Notes: a model not told the origin generated them from the sequence alone. A DNA stretch of 63,631 nt, filler included, from Octopus bimaculoides (GCF_001194135.2; 4 parts of 2 records of this genome joined end to end with filler, not necessarily neighbours in it), one strand, 5' to 3'. Shown: positions 50,735 through 62,990, numbered from the whole stretch's first letter. Program-made: numbers and translations.

Positions 50735-52735
50735 ATGCAGAACCACCCACATGGCAAAAAACTACCTGCCAACTGCATGCCAGAACTTAATGTATAAGAT
50801 ATATACAGCATGCTTAAACCTCTTTCTCCATGATCATTGTGAAACCAATAATATCCTCACAGCAGAACAAGCAGCTGGGAAGAAGGGAGTCTGGGGATGT
50901 GCCGAGCAATTTTTTATCAATAAAACTGTGATGTCAGAGGTGCAGGAGCATAAAAAGAATTTAGTTTCAATGTGGCTAGACTACAAGAAAGCCTCTGACT
51001 CTATTCCCCATCTGGTCACCATCTTCAAATTAAACACAAAGAGTGACTGTATTATCACTGATAGAATATAGTATCGCAGAGGCATGTTCCAAGGGGACAA
51101 CTTCTCTGTGATACTGTTTATACTTTCTGTAAACCCCTTGTCATTCATATTAAGGAAGTCTAAAGGGTATCTCACTGGTTTACAAGGAAACAGAAATACC
51201 AAAATTACACACTGTTTCTTTGTGGACTTGAAACTTTATGCAAAGAATATGTATAAGATGAAAAAGAGCCTTGACCTGGTTACAACATTCTCAAAGGCTA
51301 TACGGTTGGAGTTTGCTCAGGAGAAATGTTGTTATATGGTTGTGAAACAGGGGAAAACTGTAAACCAGCCTAGCAACATCTCCATCAATGACTTGACTGT
51401 TTCCCTTATATTTGATGAGGAATGTTACAGGTGGATGAAAACATATCTTACAATGGCAACTGTAACAAAACATGTGTCATTAAAGAATATTACAGTTGGA
51501 TAAAGAAAATTTAGACCTCGGAACTCTCTGCATTCAATAAAACAGTGGCACACAATGTGTTTGCAGTGACAGTACTTATACTAACATTTGGACTTCATTA
51601 TTGGATGTTTGAAAAAATCTGAGCCATTGATGAGAAAACTTTGAAAATACTAACATGCACACATAATTTCCACATAAACAGTGACGTAGACTGCCTCTAC
51701 CTAAAATGAAAACAAGGCGGCTGAGGCTTAACACGATCCAATACCTTTGAATGTCATAACATATCCCTTTGGCAACATTTTTTAACCACCAAGTGTTGAA
51801 GTACATCCCTTGACCAAGTTTGCATATATCAGGTTGATAACAACAAAGACATGAAAGGCAGCTCCTTGAGCAACATTCCTTATCTGATAACCTTAAATAC
51901 ATGCCCAAAGAAGTCGCACAATTCTACCACAACACATCATCAGATAAAAGGATGAGCATATATGGGCAGAAGACCATGCATAGATATGTTAATAGAAAGC
52001 TCAGACCAGATAGTAACATTGATCACCAAAGTAATTGATCATGGACCAACAACCGGATTACTATCTCCCACTTTGAAGGGTATGTATATACAATCTAGGA
52101 AGAGGAAATATCAATCAAATACCTGATGCACAAAAAGGACAGAGATGCAGGAAAAGCAGTAAAATGTGATAACCAATGCAGACTTTATGGAGTTAATACT
52201 AAAGATATCACCCATATCATAAGCAGTTGTCCAAAAATATTATTATGGTATTATCTACTGATGAGACATGATGTAGCTAAGACACAGATCTGTTGAAAAA
52301 GATAACCCTGAGGACAAAGAAATAAGAACCCACAGTATGGTGGAAGCTATAGCCACTCATAATAAAAAGGAGTACTGGTGAAATATCCCAGTAGAAACCT
52401 CAGTAAAATGCAAACACAATAGACCTTATATAAAGATTTGGGATAGAGAAGAGAAAATGTATACAGTTGCGGAAATCAGCTGCCTAGCGGATGTTAACAT
52501 AAAGCTGAAGATCAGTGAAAAATAGAATACTTACGCTGAACTATTGTAATTATTGGGCACTGGGATATGTAACACACTACTTAAATACCAATCTTGAGAA
52601 ATTAGGTTTCTCAAAATCAGAAAGGAGAAAGCTGATTCAAAGACTACAGATCCATCACTGGAACTGTAAAAATTTGTAAAACTTTCCAGAAGTTTATCAT
52701 TTCAGTATATATGAACATGTCTATATATGCAAAGT
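50735..52735 (+). mobile_element. R4/Dong-like (RLE-type) LINE, 5'-truncated and decayed
   Basis: RT motifs YLPTACQNLMYKIYTA, WLDYKKA.DSIPH, GMFQGD..SVILF, FFV(D)DLKLYA; CCHC-like CRL.G...DITHIISSC; RLE RP.I.IWD..VAEISC.ADVN. Confidence 0.88.
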
Positions 52736-55500
52736 ATATTGCAAAGAGGGTGGGTGCATCAAGGTCTCCTTGCTTTACTCCATTTTCCACAGCAAAAGAT
52801 TCAGAGAGCCTATCACCAAAATTAATTCTAACTTTCATATCTTGATGCAAAGCCCTGACCATGTTTACAAATTTTTCTGGGCAACCTATTTTCCTTAGAA
52901 TTAGCCACAGAACACTTCGATTAAGAGTATCGAATGCTTTACTAAATCAACAAAGTAATGGTATAGAGCAAGATTCCATTCAATGCACTTTTCTTGTAAT
53001 TGTCTAACAGTAAAGATACAATCGGCTGTGCCCCTGGAAGAACAAAAACCACACTGAGACTCAGACATTATATTTGGTACTATAAAGGTATTTAAATGTT
53101 CTAACAAAATGCGGGCATGTACCTTTCCAACCACAGACAACAGCAAAATCCCATGAAAATTATCACACAGATCCTTTGGCCCCAATTTATACAAGGAGAG
53201 TGAAATAGTATCCACCCAGTCTTGAGGCACTTTCTCAGTTCTCCAACAGGGACAAATTAATATACTTAAGAGGTCAAACATTTTGTCACCCCCATATTTC
53301 AAGACTTCTGCACAGATTCCATCAGACCTTGGAGATTTATTGTTATTCAGCTTATTCACAGCTAAATAACTGTCATTGAGAGTTGGTTCAAATGCCATCT
53401 CTTCTATAACTGGAAGGTGTTTGGTTTTTTCTATCGCTGTCATGTCAATAGATGATGGTCTATTCAAAAGTGCAGAAAAATGTTCTACCCAATGCTTATG
53501 AATAGAAGCAGTGTCAGTCAGAAGAAAACATCCATTTGCTGTTCTCACTGGAGCTATTGAAGAAGATTTTGGGCCATATACCTCCTTAACATAAGAGTAC
53601 AAACCCTTGGCATCATTTATATCAGCTGCTTCTTGTGCCCCTTTTGCTCTATCATTCCACCATTCCTGTTTAATTTTCCTTACAGCAGTCTGCACTTTTC
53701 TTTTCAGCTTTCTGTAAGTTTTGTTTGAGTTGGGGTTCAAGGATAGAGAAAGAAGAGTATTGCCTAAATTTTGTTTTTCTAAAAGTAGATCATGAATTTC
53801 TGCTGATCTTTCTGAGAACCAGTCACTGGAAGTACGTGATTTAAATCCCACTGACAAACTTGCAGTCTGAAATACTTTTTTAGAAATAATACACTTCTAA
53901 ATCTCTCAGAGAGATTTACGCAGTAGTGATACGATGAAGTAGTTGTATGCTGTCAACTTAATGTGACAGTCCCCTGGAGGGAATAATACTACTGTTGGTT
54001 AGACCTAGAAAGCTGCACCGCTTCCTCTTGGCCTTGAAACATTTCCTGTGTCCTTATGTTTACAAGGGGGAGACAAGCACCTCCACCCGGCTAAGCCTGC
54101 ATCCAGAGACATGTTTCTGAGTCTTTGCTCATCATCAGTCTGGAGTAGCATGACCATAGATTGTTTAGGTCAAGATTGATACTTTCTATAGCATTGTGGA
54201 ATCTTTGCAAGTTCCTTGATAATTTAAAGTTTGCAACATTTAACTTTTTGGGTACCTTAGGACCAGACTATCGATTTTTAGACATTATTGAAAAATCTAT
54301 TTTTCCACGCACTAGATGATGGTCGGTCGAGCTCTTTGCCCCTCTCAATGCCCGAACGCAAGAAACATTTTTCATATCACGTTTCCTGAACAGAATATAG
54401 TCTATGAGACGCCAGTGCTTAGATCTTAGGTGCATCCAAGTGGTTTTATATTTATTTTTCTGCTTAAACAGTGTGTTGGTGACAACTAGATTATTCTCGG
54501 TACAAAACATTAAAAGAGTTACTCCATTTTTATTGCATTTTCCAATCCCATGTCAACCTAAGACAGGCCATGAAACATGGTCCTTTTCAACTCTTGCATT
54601 GAAATATTCCAATATGACCAGCTTGTCAGAAATTGGTACTTTCCTCAATAATCATGCTAGATCGTCATAAAAGTGTCCTACAGTTTCATTAGAATGGGAC
54701 ATTGTTGGTGCATAAATACTGACAATGGTAAGAAACATACCTTTTGTCAGTTTAATACAGCTTGAAATGATCTGTTCAGATATACCACTTGGAAGCTCTG
54801 CAATGAAGGACACTAATGAATTCTTGAGAGAAAACCCAACAACAGATTCTCTATGCTGACCCTTAGGTAGGCCTCATCAAAAGATAGTATATCAATAAGT
54901 AGGATCATTTACTTGATCCTCACCAGAGAGACAAGTTTCAGAGAGCACAATTATATCAAGGGAATATTTCTTGAGCTCACATGCAATAAGTGCAGTACGT
55001 CTTTCTGGCCTCTTGTTGAAATTATCAAGAAGTGTGCGCTCATTCTAACAACCAAAATTCAAAGTATGATTATTTTTACTTTTTCTTGAAGATTGCTTGA
55101 CCACAGTGGCAGGATGATGACCGGGTTCAGCCTGTGATACAATGGGATACCTGCTGAGCCAGACCTGTTTTCCTGACATTCCTAAGCCTTTTTTGCCATT
55201 TACTTAGTCTGTTTGAGACATTTTAGAGTAAGTTACAATTGCATTTTTAGGTTTCTTCCAACCAACCAACTGAATGATTTGACTAAGATTTGGAATACAG
55301 AAAGTGCCTGTGCAGATGAATAATTTTCAGTGGGTGTATCTTGCACTGCACTACCCCCAACTAATAAAATTAGAGTAGGTGTGACATGAAAATTGACAAA
55401 ACCAGGAACTTCCAAGGCCTCAGGTTTTATTTTGGAGATTTCCTTCTCCTAGGTAGATTACCAACCAAAGTTAAAGAGCTTCAACCTGTCCATAAGGTAA
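52735..55500 (-). mobile_element. RTE-clade LINE (5' UTR, APE endonuclease, RT up to the GVKQG motif), interrupted at ~53895-54152
   Basis: FCTENNLVVTNTLF, WMHLRSKHWRLIDYIL, STDHHLV, DWF, KSPRSDGICAEVLK, NFHGILLLSVVGKVHARIL, SQCGF...RGTADCIFTVRQLQEKC, GVKQGDLDAPTLF. Confidence 0.92.
54102..54144 (-). ncRNA. Near-canonical minimal type I hammerhead ribozyme
   Basis: Minus strand tccaga-CTGATGA-tgag(caaaga)ctca-GAAA-catg-TC-tctgga. Perfect 6-bp stem I, intact CUGAUGA/GAAA core, palindromic ACAUGU stem III, GUC cleavage triplet. Confidence 0.8.
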
Positions 55501-55584
55501 GCTATCCCATTCCAGACACCAAACCGACATTCAGATATTCTATAAAGTGATCAAATATCTCTCCGGTGACCAACGTATATAAGA

Positions 55585-56760
55585 AAAAATTTGCCAATGT
55601 TCTGCGCTGTGAGGACCAAAGACTTAAGGTATTTCGTGTTGCAAGACAGTGTGCGAGAGAGAATTGTACTGTCATAGGAGAGAAATGTGTCCACATGGAT
55701 GATAGTATACTTGCACTAAACGAGCCTGCAAAAAGAGAGGTTTGAAGACACCACTAGGAAAGGTTGCTCAATAAAGAGAATGAATGGGAGAAAGAGAGTC
55801 TGCTGAATGTCGACCCAACAGAGGGACCAGCTATCCAAGTTGACAGTACCTTGGTAGATAAAGCGATCAAGAGTATAAAGACGAGGAAATCCCCTGGCCC
55901 ATCAGGAATCACTGCAGAGATGCTCAAAATATCTGGCAGTGTCAGCTATAGCCTAGTCACCAGTATTGTTAACCAGGTGATGCATGAAGGAGTCATACCC
56001 AATGACTGGTGTAGCAGCACCATAGTCAACTGCTACAAAGGTAAAGGTGACGCTTTAGATACAAATAATTACAGAGGTATCAAGTTGTTTGACCTGGTAA
56101 TGAAGGTCATGAAGAGGGTCATAGCCAAATGATTAAGGAGAGAGTCAGCTTAGATGAGACGCAGTTTGGATTTGTGCCAGGGAAAAGCACCACTGATGCT
56201 ATATTTCTGGTAAGACAGCTGCATGAGAAATACCTAGCCAAAGATAAGCCTCTGTACCTGACTTTTGTTGACATAGAGAAAGCCTTTGACAGGTTCCCCC
56301 GATCCCTTATCTGGTGGTCAATGAAGAAAATAGGGATAGATGAATGGTTAGTGAGAGCTGTGTGAGCCATGTACAGAGATACTGTCAGTAAGGTGAGGAT
56401 TGGCAACGAGTACAGTGAAGAATTCCGGGTTGAGGTAGGGGTCCACCAAGGTTCTGTCTTCAGCCCCCTCCTATTTATCATAGTCCTCCAGGCAATAACA
56501 CAGGAATTCAAGACAGGATGCACCCGGGAGCTCCTCTATGCTGATGACCTTGTGCTAATTGCTGAGTCACTATCAGAACTAGAGGAGAAGTTTCAGGTGT
56601 GGAAGCAGGGACTAGAATCGAAGCACCTTAGAGTGAACCTAGCTAAAACCAAAGTCCTAATAAGTAGGAAGGAAGACAAACCACAAACTCCTTCAGGTAG
56701 ATGGCCCTACTCAATCTGTAGAAAAGGTAGAAACTCTATAAGATGTACCCAGTGTAATAC
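55585..56760 (+). mobile_element. RTE (BovB-like) LINE, RT fragment
   Basis: KSPGPSGITAEMLK, NNYRGIKL, QFGFVPGKSTTDAIFLVRQLHEKY, FVDIEKAFDR, GVHQGSVFSPLLF, LLYADDLVL, VNLAKTK; similar in type to the 41074 fragment. Confidence 0.93.
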
Positions 56761-57196
56761 AGTTCTATATTTAAGAGACGAGGAATTATTTACATTATTT
56801 ACATTATTTACATTTGATGGATATTCGTCCTCATCTTGTTTGTTATTAACACAACGTTTCGGCTGATATACCCTCCAGCCTTCGTCAGGTGTCTTGGGGA
56901 AATTTCGAACCTGGGTTCTCATTCCTATCGATGTTACTATTATTATTATTATATTATTATTATTATTATTACTGTTATTAATCAGGTTGCTACTGTGAAT
57001 CGAACTCGGAACCTTGGGGTTAGTAGCCCGCGCTCTTAACCACTACGCCATATGCCCGTGGGCAATTATGGGGTGAATTTTAAGGCTTATAAATCTATTA
57101 TTTTTCTATCCTTCCTCAATACCGGTTCCCATATGCTATTCATATCTGCACTCGGTCTGCTTAGGAGGTTGTTGTGTCCTAGCATATGTGCTGCTT
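56761..57196 (-). mobile_element. 3' end of a Penelope-like element: GIY-YIG C-terminus, stop, then terminal repeat with tRNA-like A/B boxes and hammerhead
   Basis: Minus frame AAHMLGHNNLLSRPSADMNSIWEPVLRKDRKIIDL* resembles PLE EN C-termini (EA..I...N.LNR....L..IW.P.L). Then TGGCGTAGTGG (57040-57050), GAGTTCGATTC (56997-57007), (TAA)n and HHR. Confidence 0.72.
56848..56893 (-). ncRNA. Minimal type I hammerhead motif (same family as 19875-19920)
   Basis: gacac-CTGACGA-a-ggctgg(agggtata)tcagcc-GAAA-cg-TT-gtgtt. Confidence 0.7.
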
Positions 57197-57296
57197 NNNN
57201 NNNNNNNNNNNNNNNNNNNNNNNNNNNNNNNNNNNNNNNNTTAATTAATTAANNNNNNNNNNNNNNNNNNNNNNNNNNNNNNNNNNNNNNNNNNNN
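57197..57296. other. Artificial scaffold spacer N44-TTAATTAATTAA-N44
   Basis: Same 100-nt structure. Confidence 0.97.
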
Positions 57297-57525
57297 ACTG
57301 CAACAGCTTGGGATTCAGGGGCCCACAGCTTTTTAATATTCTCCCAAAGAGCCTGAGGAACCTGCACAAAGTAGATGTAGGAGTTTTTAAATCAAAGTTG
57401 GACCTCTTCCTATCGAGAGTCCCAGATGAACCTACCTCGCGGCAGGTGGTGCAAATGAGGGTTGCTAAATCAAACTCCATTCTTCACCAAGTGCCACATA
57501 TTGTAAGAGGCTCCCTGTAATAACA
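57297..57525 (+). mobile_element. CR1/L2-group LINE ORF2 C-terminus
   Basis: NSLGFRGPQLFNILPKSLRN...FKSKLDLFLSRVPDEP is a typical CR1/L2-group C-terminal motif. Confidence 0.78.
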
Positions 57526-57713
57526 GTGTAGCAACACGGTGGTGCATCAGCATGGCCGCAGCTCTAAGCTGAAACTTTAGAAAAAAAAAATCAAAAAGGG
57601 AGTATTTGACATGCTCGATGCAGAAAAATTATCACAACTTACTTATTTTCAAAAAGGCTCCGTTTATTATTTTTGGGAGAAAGGTTTGTTTCTTGTCGGT
57701 GAATGTGTGTAAG

Positions 57714-57757
<44 letters not shown>

Positions 57758-59681
57758 GATTTTAGGGGTTCTAGTAACCATTAGTAAGGGACAGAGTCAA
57801 ACACTTTCTTATAACCTAGCCATACAATCAGTATAGATAGCCTATACGGTGTATAGATCAGTAGTGTTCTGCAATAGTATCGAGTTTCTTGAAAGATAGA
57901 CTAATTCTCAAAGTGCTCCCCGGGTCGACTCCAAACTTCCTATCCTACCTCTTTCCAACTCATCAATTACCACGTCCTTTGTTTCACGGTGCTCTTTGAA
58001 AGCAAACCCAAACCACATAGGTGTAGTTTATAACTAACATTTAACAATTCTTTAATAGATCTGTGGACTTTGGTTACTTGTGTCCTTTTACTCTTAGGTA
58101 CACGTGTTGTTCGTGCAATTGCTAACCACATTGTTACGTCATGTTCAACATCCATTATTCATTTGATGAAGTTGACGAGCGTTTCCTTCTAAACCAGAAC
58201 CTTTCTATAATCTGTATAATAATCCTTTCTACTAAAGGCATAAGGCCTGAAATTTGGTGGGCGGTGGGACTAGTCGATTACATCGACCCCATTGTTTCAC
58301 GGGTACTTATATTATCGACCACGAAAGGATGAAACGCAAAGTTGACCGCGGCGGAATTTGAACTCGGACTACAGAGACGGACGGAATGCTGTTAATCATT
58401 TTTCCCGGCGTGCTAACGATTCTGCCAGGTCGCCGCCTTTAATCTTTATAATATAACTGATTATCAGACCCCCTCGCAGCTAATTTTCCATTTGGTAGAT
58501 TTTTAACAATCGTTAAGAGGCCTTCATTGGTAACGTCATATATTTTGAGAGAGTGTTTTCACAATGCTCACTCCGTACATCCTTTACAACTATTGCATCG
58601 GAATTTGCTGTTGATTTTCACTCTAATTCCACATCCACATAAAGAAAAAAAAATGGCTGACGATCAACCTCGCAACGTACCTTTACGTATAACCTTCATG
58701 TTGCAATATACGTTTCTCGGTTGGATGCAAACTTGCCATTGATAGCTATGTGTTCTACTAATTAAGATAATACACCTTCTGACCTACCGTTCACAGTTCG
58801 TGGTCATGAGGAGTTAATTTACTGCAAGTAACTTACACATTACTTTTTGTCGCAGCTGGTGGTTTGTAAATTTGCTATTCACATTGTATTTAACGACAGG
58901 ATCCGATGTTTTTATCGAGTTTTTGCATGTCTTTTTGCCCTCTTTTGTAAGTAAGAGGGGTAATCCATTTTGGTCGTGTATTATAATTTCGATCGATCTC
59001 TATTACTCCCAACTGTTTGGCGAGTGGCAACTGCAATGCAGTACAGTAAAATATCCAATATGCAAAACCTGGGAGCCTTAATTTGTGATTGGTGTTCTTT
59101 AGCAGCTTGATTGATCACTGATAACATCAAGTTAGTAGGTTTTCTATCGAACTCTTATCACAATCGTTCTTTCATGTAAAGGTTTGTTGATGGAAACAGC
59201 GAAGTTTTAGTTGAATCTTGCTGCGAGCTGTGTTTTCAGTTGTTTATATTGTTCATTCTTTTCTATCTATTCCTACAGAGCGACTACATGACCATTTAAT
59301 GGCGGCAGTCCTGTCTCAGTCTTATTCTTATGGGTTTCGTGTTCATATTCTTCGCAATTTTCTTCAGGGGAGATTCTGTTGGTATCTTTGAACTTCCATC
59401 TTCTTTACAATTTTCGTTGTCGATAATGCTAGCTTGAATAATATGCTGTTGGTATGTAGTTATGTATGTATGCATGTGTAAGTATGTATATGTGTATATG
59501 TATATATGTATATGTGTACGTATATGTGTATATGTGTACGTATAAGTATGTATATATGTATTTATGTATGTAGGTATGCATGTAGGTATCCATGTATACA
59601 TGTATGCGTGCATATATGTATGTGTGTATGTATATATGTGTGCGTGTGCGGGCGTGTGTGCATGTATGTAAATAAACATAC

Positions 59682-59715
<34 letters not shown>

Positions 59716-60013
59716 GTATGTAAGTAAGCATACACATATATATTTGTATGTATGTATGTATGTATGTATGTATGTATGTATGTATGTATGCAGCTTGGAA
59801 AAAGAAGAGAAATAGGTAACGTACGAATGTATAAGACGACGTTGATGACGATGAGACACTATAAGAAGAAAAAAAAAGAAAGAAACACAGAAATAAAAAA
59901 TAAACAAGAAAATACCAATGAAGGACATGATGAAAAATATATAAAAATTGCTCTCTTCATGTCAGATACTTGCTGAGTTCTGTCTCTCATTCTACAAACT
60001 ATCTTCTCTCTCC

Positions 60014-60077
<64 letters not shown>

Positions 60078-60588
60078 TTAAAGACATACACATACGCACA
60101 CATACGTACATATTACCAACTATTCGCGTACCTATCTGACTGTCTATCTACCTGTCTATCGACCTGTCTATCTACCTGTCTATCTACCTGTCTATCTATA
60201 AATTTAACTTTCATTCTGTCAATCATATGTATTTTCTAATGCATTCAATTTGCAGTTTTCCAAGACACATTTCAAAGATATAAAGGCAGGTTCCGTATTT
60301 CATATATTTACAATACTTCGTCACACAAGCACACTTACACGCGCGCAGACACACACATGCACAAACACACATGCATTCACACGCACGCATGCATATATGC
60401 ATATGTATTAAACATTCTTTTGGCAGCATGTAAATCATTTATTCCTTGGTCTCACCTTTTTCAACGAATTCATAACGGACGGAAATGGTTCCAAAACCTA
60501 AATTTATTTATAATTTTTGCCTGTGGCAACACATTAGCACATCACGTGAAATTTGTCTGAATTGTTTTCAAGACACACCGCACACCCT

Positions 60589-60624
<36 letters not shown>

Positions 60625-60986
60625 CAATATATGTACATAGAGCACTACTACGTCTGTCAGAAATCAGTTACTGGTGAATATTTATAGTCCGCATGGTTTT
60701 CTTCCCTTCCTAACATGTCAGTTTAGCATATAAAGTAATGCTTTTATGTTATAGTTATCTTAGTGTCGAACTTTCCATCAATACGTCAAATATATTTTTG
60801 GTTTACGAAATTTTGGACATACACAGACACACACAGATACAGACAAACGCACGCGTATACACACACGTACACACACACGTACACACACACACGTACAGAC
60901 ACATGTACACACACACGCCGCATATGGATAGATATATATTTATATGTATATGTATATAACGAGAATGCTATGATTATATATATGTA

Positions 60987-61048
<62 letters not shown>

Positions 61049-61357
61049 TATATATACATATATATACACATACACACACACATATATATAATTACATATA
61101 TATATATGTATGTATATATGTATATATATATATGTAAATATGTACGTTTATGTGTATATGTGTGTTTGTACAACTATCTATCAATCTATCTATCTATCAT
61201 CTATCTATGTACCTACTTACCTACCTAGCTACCTAACTACCTACCTACCTACCTACCTACCTACCTACCTATCTACGTACGTACGTACGTACGTACCTAC
61301 CTACCTACCTACCTACCTACCTACCTACCTACCTAACTAACTAACTAACTAACTAAC

Positions 61358-61388
<31 letters not shown>

Positions 61389-61800
61389 CTAGATAGATAG
61401 ATGGATAGATTGATACATACATACATACATAAATACATACATATATAATCGACATGTACATGTAAATGTACCTACAAAGATTTAATTTACTAAGGACAGA
61501 CGTTATATTTACAGTGAGAAAGAAGTACTGGAAAGAATAGAATAGATTGGAAGACAGAAGTATAAATCACAATGCATAAACAGACGTTCCAAATACAAAA
61601 AACAACATGTTATATGAACACAACTATAGTAATATACAAATATAATAGCTGTGTGGTAAGTAGCTTGCTTACCAATCACATAGTCTCGGGTTCAGTCCGA
61701 CTGCGTGCCACCTCTGGCAAGTTTCTTCTACTATAGCCTCGGGCCGACCAAAGCGTTGTGAGTGGATTTGCTAGACGGAAACTGAAAGGAGTCCGTCGTG

Positions 61801-61839
<39 letters not shown>

Positions 61840-62109
61840 NNNNNNNNNNNNNNNNNNNNNNNNNNNNNNNNNNNNNNNNNNNNNNNNNNNNNNNNNNNNN
61901 NNNNNNNNNNNNNNNNNNNNNNNNNNNNNNNNNNNNNNNNNNNNNNNNNNNNNNNNNNNNNNNNNNNNNNNNNNNNNNNNNNNNNNNNNNNNNNNNNNNN
62001 NNNNNNNNNNNNNNNNNNNNNNNNNNNNNNNNNNNNNNNNNNNNNNNNNNNNNNNNNNNNNNNNNNNNNNNNNNNNNNNNNNNNNNNNNNNNNNNNNNNN
62101 NNNNNNNNT

Positions 62110-62990
62110 TGGTCTCTTACGTGAATTGTTACAAAGGATCACAAAAGTACAGCTCCCAAGCTTACTGCAGGGTTTAATGACCAGCTCGAGAACCAAGTTC
62201 CCACAACAGCTGTTCGCCGGGAGCTGCACAAAGCCGGATTTCATGGTAGAGCTGCGATCAGAAAACCAACACTTTGAAAAACAAACGTTCCAGAGCGTTT
62301 AAAGTGGAGTAAAAACCTACAGAATTGGTCCCTGGGATTGTAGCAGTATATTATTTTCTCGGACGAGTCATCCTTTACCGACCATCGGCCGAGTATACGT
62401 GTGGAGACAACCGAAAGAAGCATTTGAACCCGACTGCCTTCTTCCAACTGTTAAAGATTGCGGAGGATTTGTGATGATGTGGGGTGGGTTATATCTTGGA
62501 AATCTGCCGGCGCATTGGTTTCCCTTCATGACATAATTAATAGTCAAGACTATTTAAGCATTTTATCTAACCAAATTCATCCTATTTTTGCGAAACTGTT
62601 TCCGGAGGAAAACGGAATCATTCAGAATGATAATGCACCAATTCACACAGTTAAAGTTTCTGCTGAATGGCACGAGTAACATTCTAGTGAAGTTGACCAT
62701 CTTATCTGGCCACCACAGTCCCTAGATCTCAATAAAATGGAACATTTATGGTCCATTTTAGGAAAACAAGTAAGGTGTCGATATCCTCCACCACCATCGC
62801 TACAAGAACTGGAAACTGTTTTAGCTGAAGAATGAACAAAAATTCTTTTGGAAACAATTAAACCTTTGTAGGAGCCCATACCTCGTAGAATACAAGCTGT
62901 AATTACTGCCAAAGGCGGTCCTACCCCATATCAAAATATATTTGTTTGAAATTTTAAGGTGTTTCATTATTTTGTCCAACCTCTTTATAT
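62110..62990 (+). mobile_element. Decayed Tc1 (DD34E-type) transposase
   Basis: TVRRELHKAGFHGRAAIRKP, IIFSDES, IIQNDNAPIH, WPPQSLDLNKMEHLW, PRRIQAVITAKGGPTPY with stops and frameshifts. Confidence 0.9.

Noticed and set aside
56990-57057. Possible genuine tRNA gene (ACT anticodon)
   Set aside because: The acceptor stem does not pair, and the segment is embedded in a repeated element; it is tRNA-derived, not a tRNA.
573-61340. Many long ORFs rich in Y/I/H/T/C/V/M/L/S or X (e.g. 573-1121, 7273-8823, 13621-14037, 35237-36130)
   Set aside because: They are translations of microsatellites or N gaps. The His-rich and Met/Tyr-rich ones are (CAT)n and (TACA)n repeats, not metal-binding proteins or reflectins.
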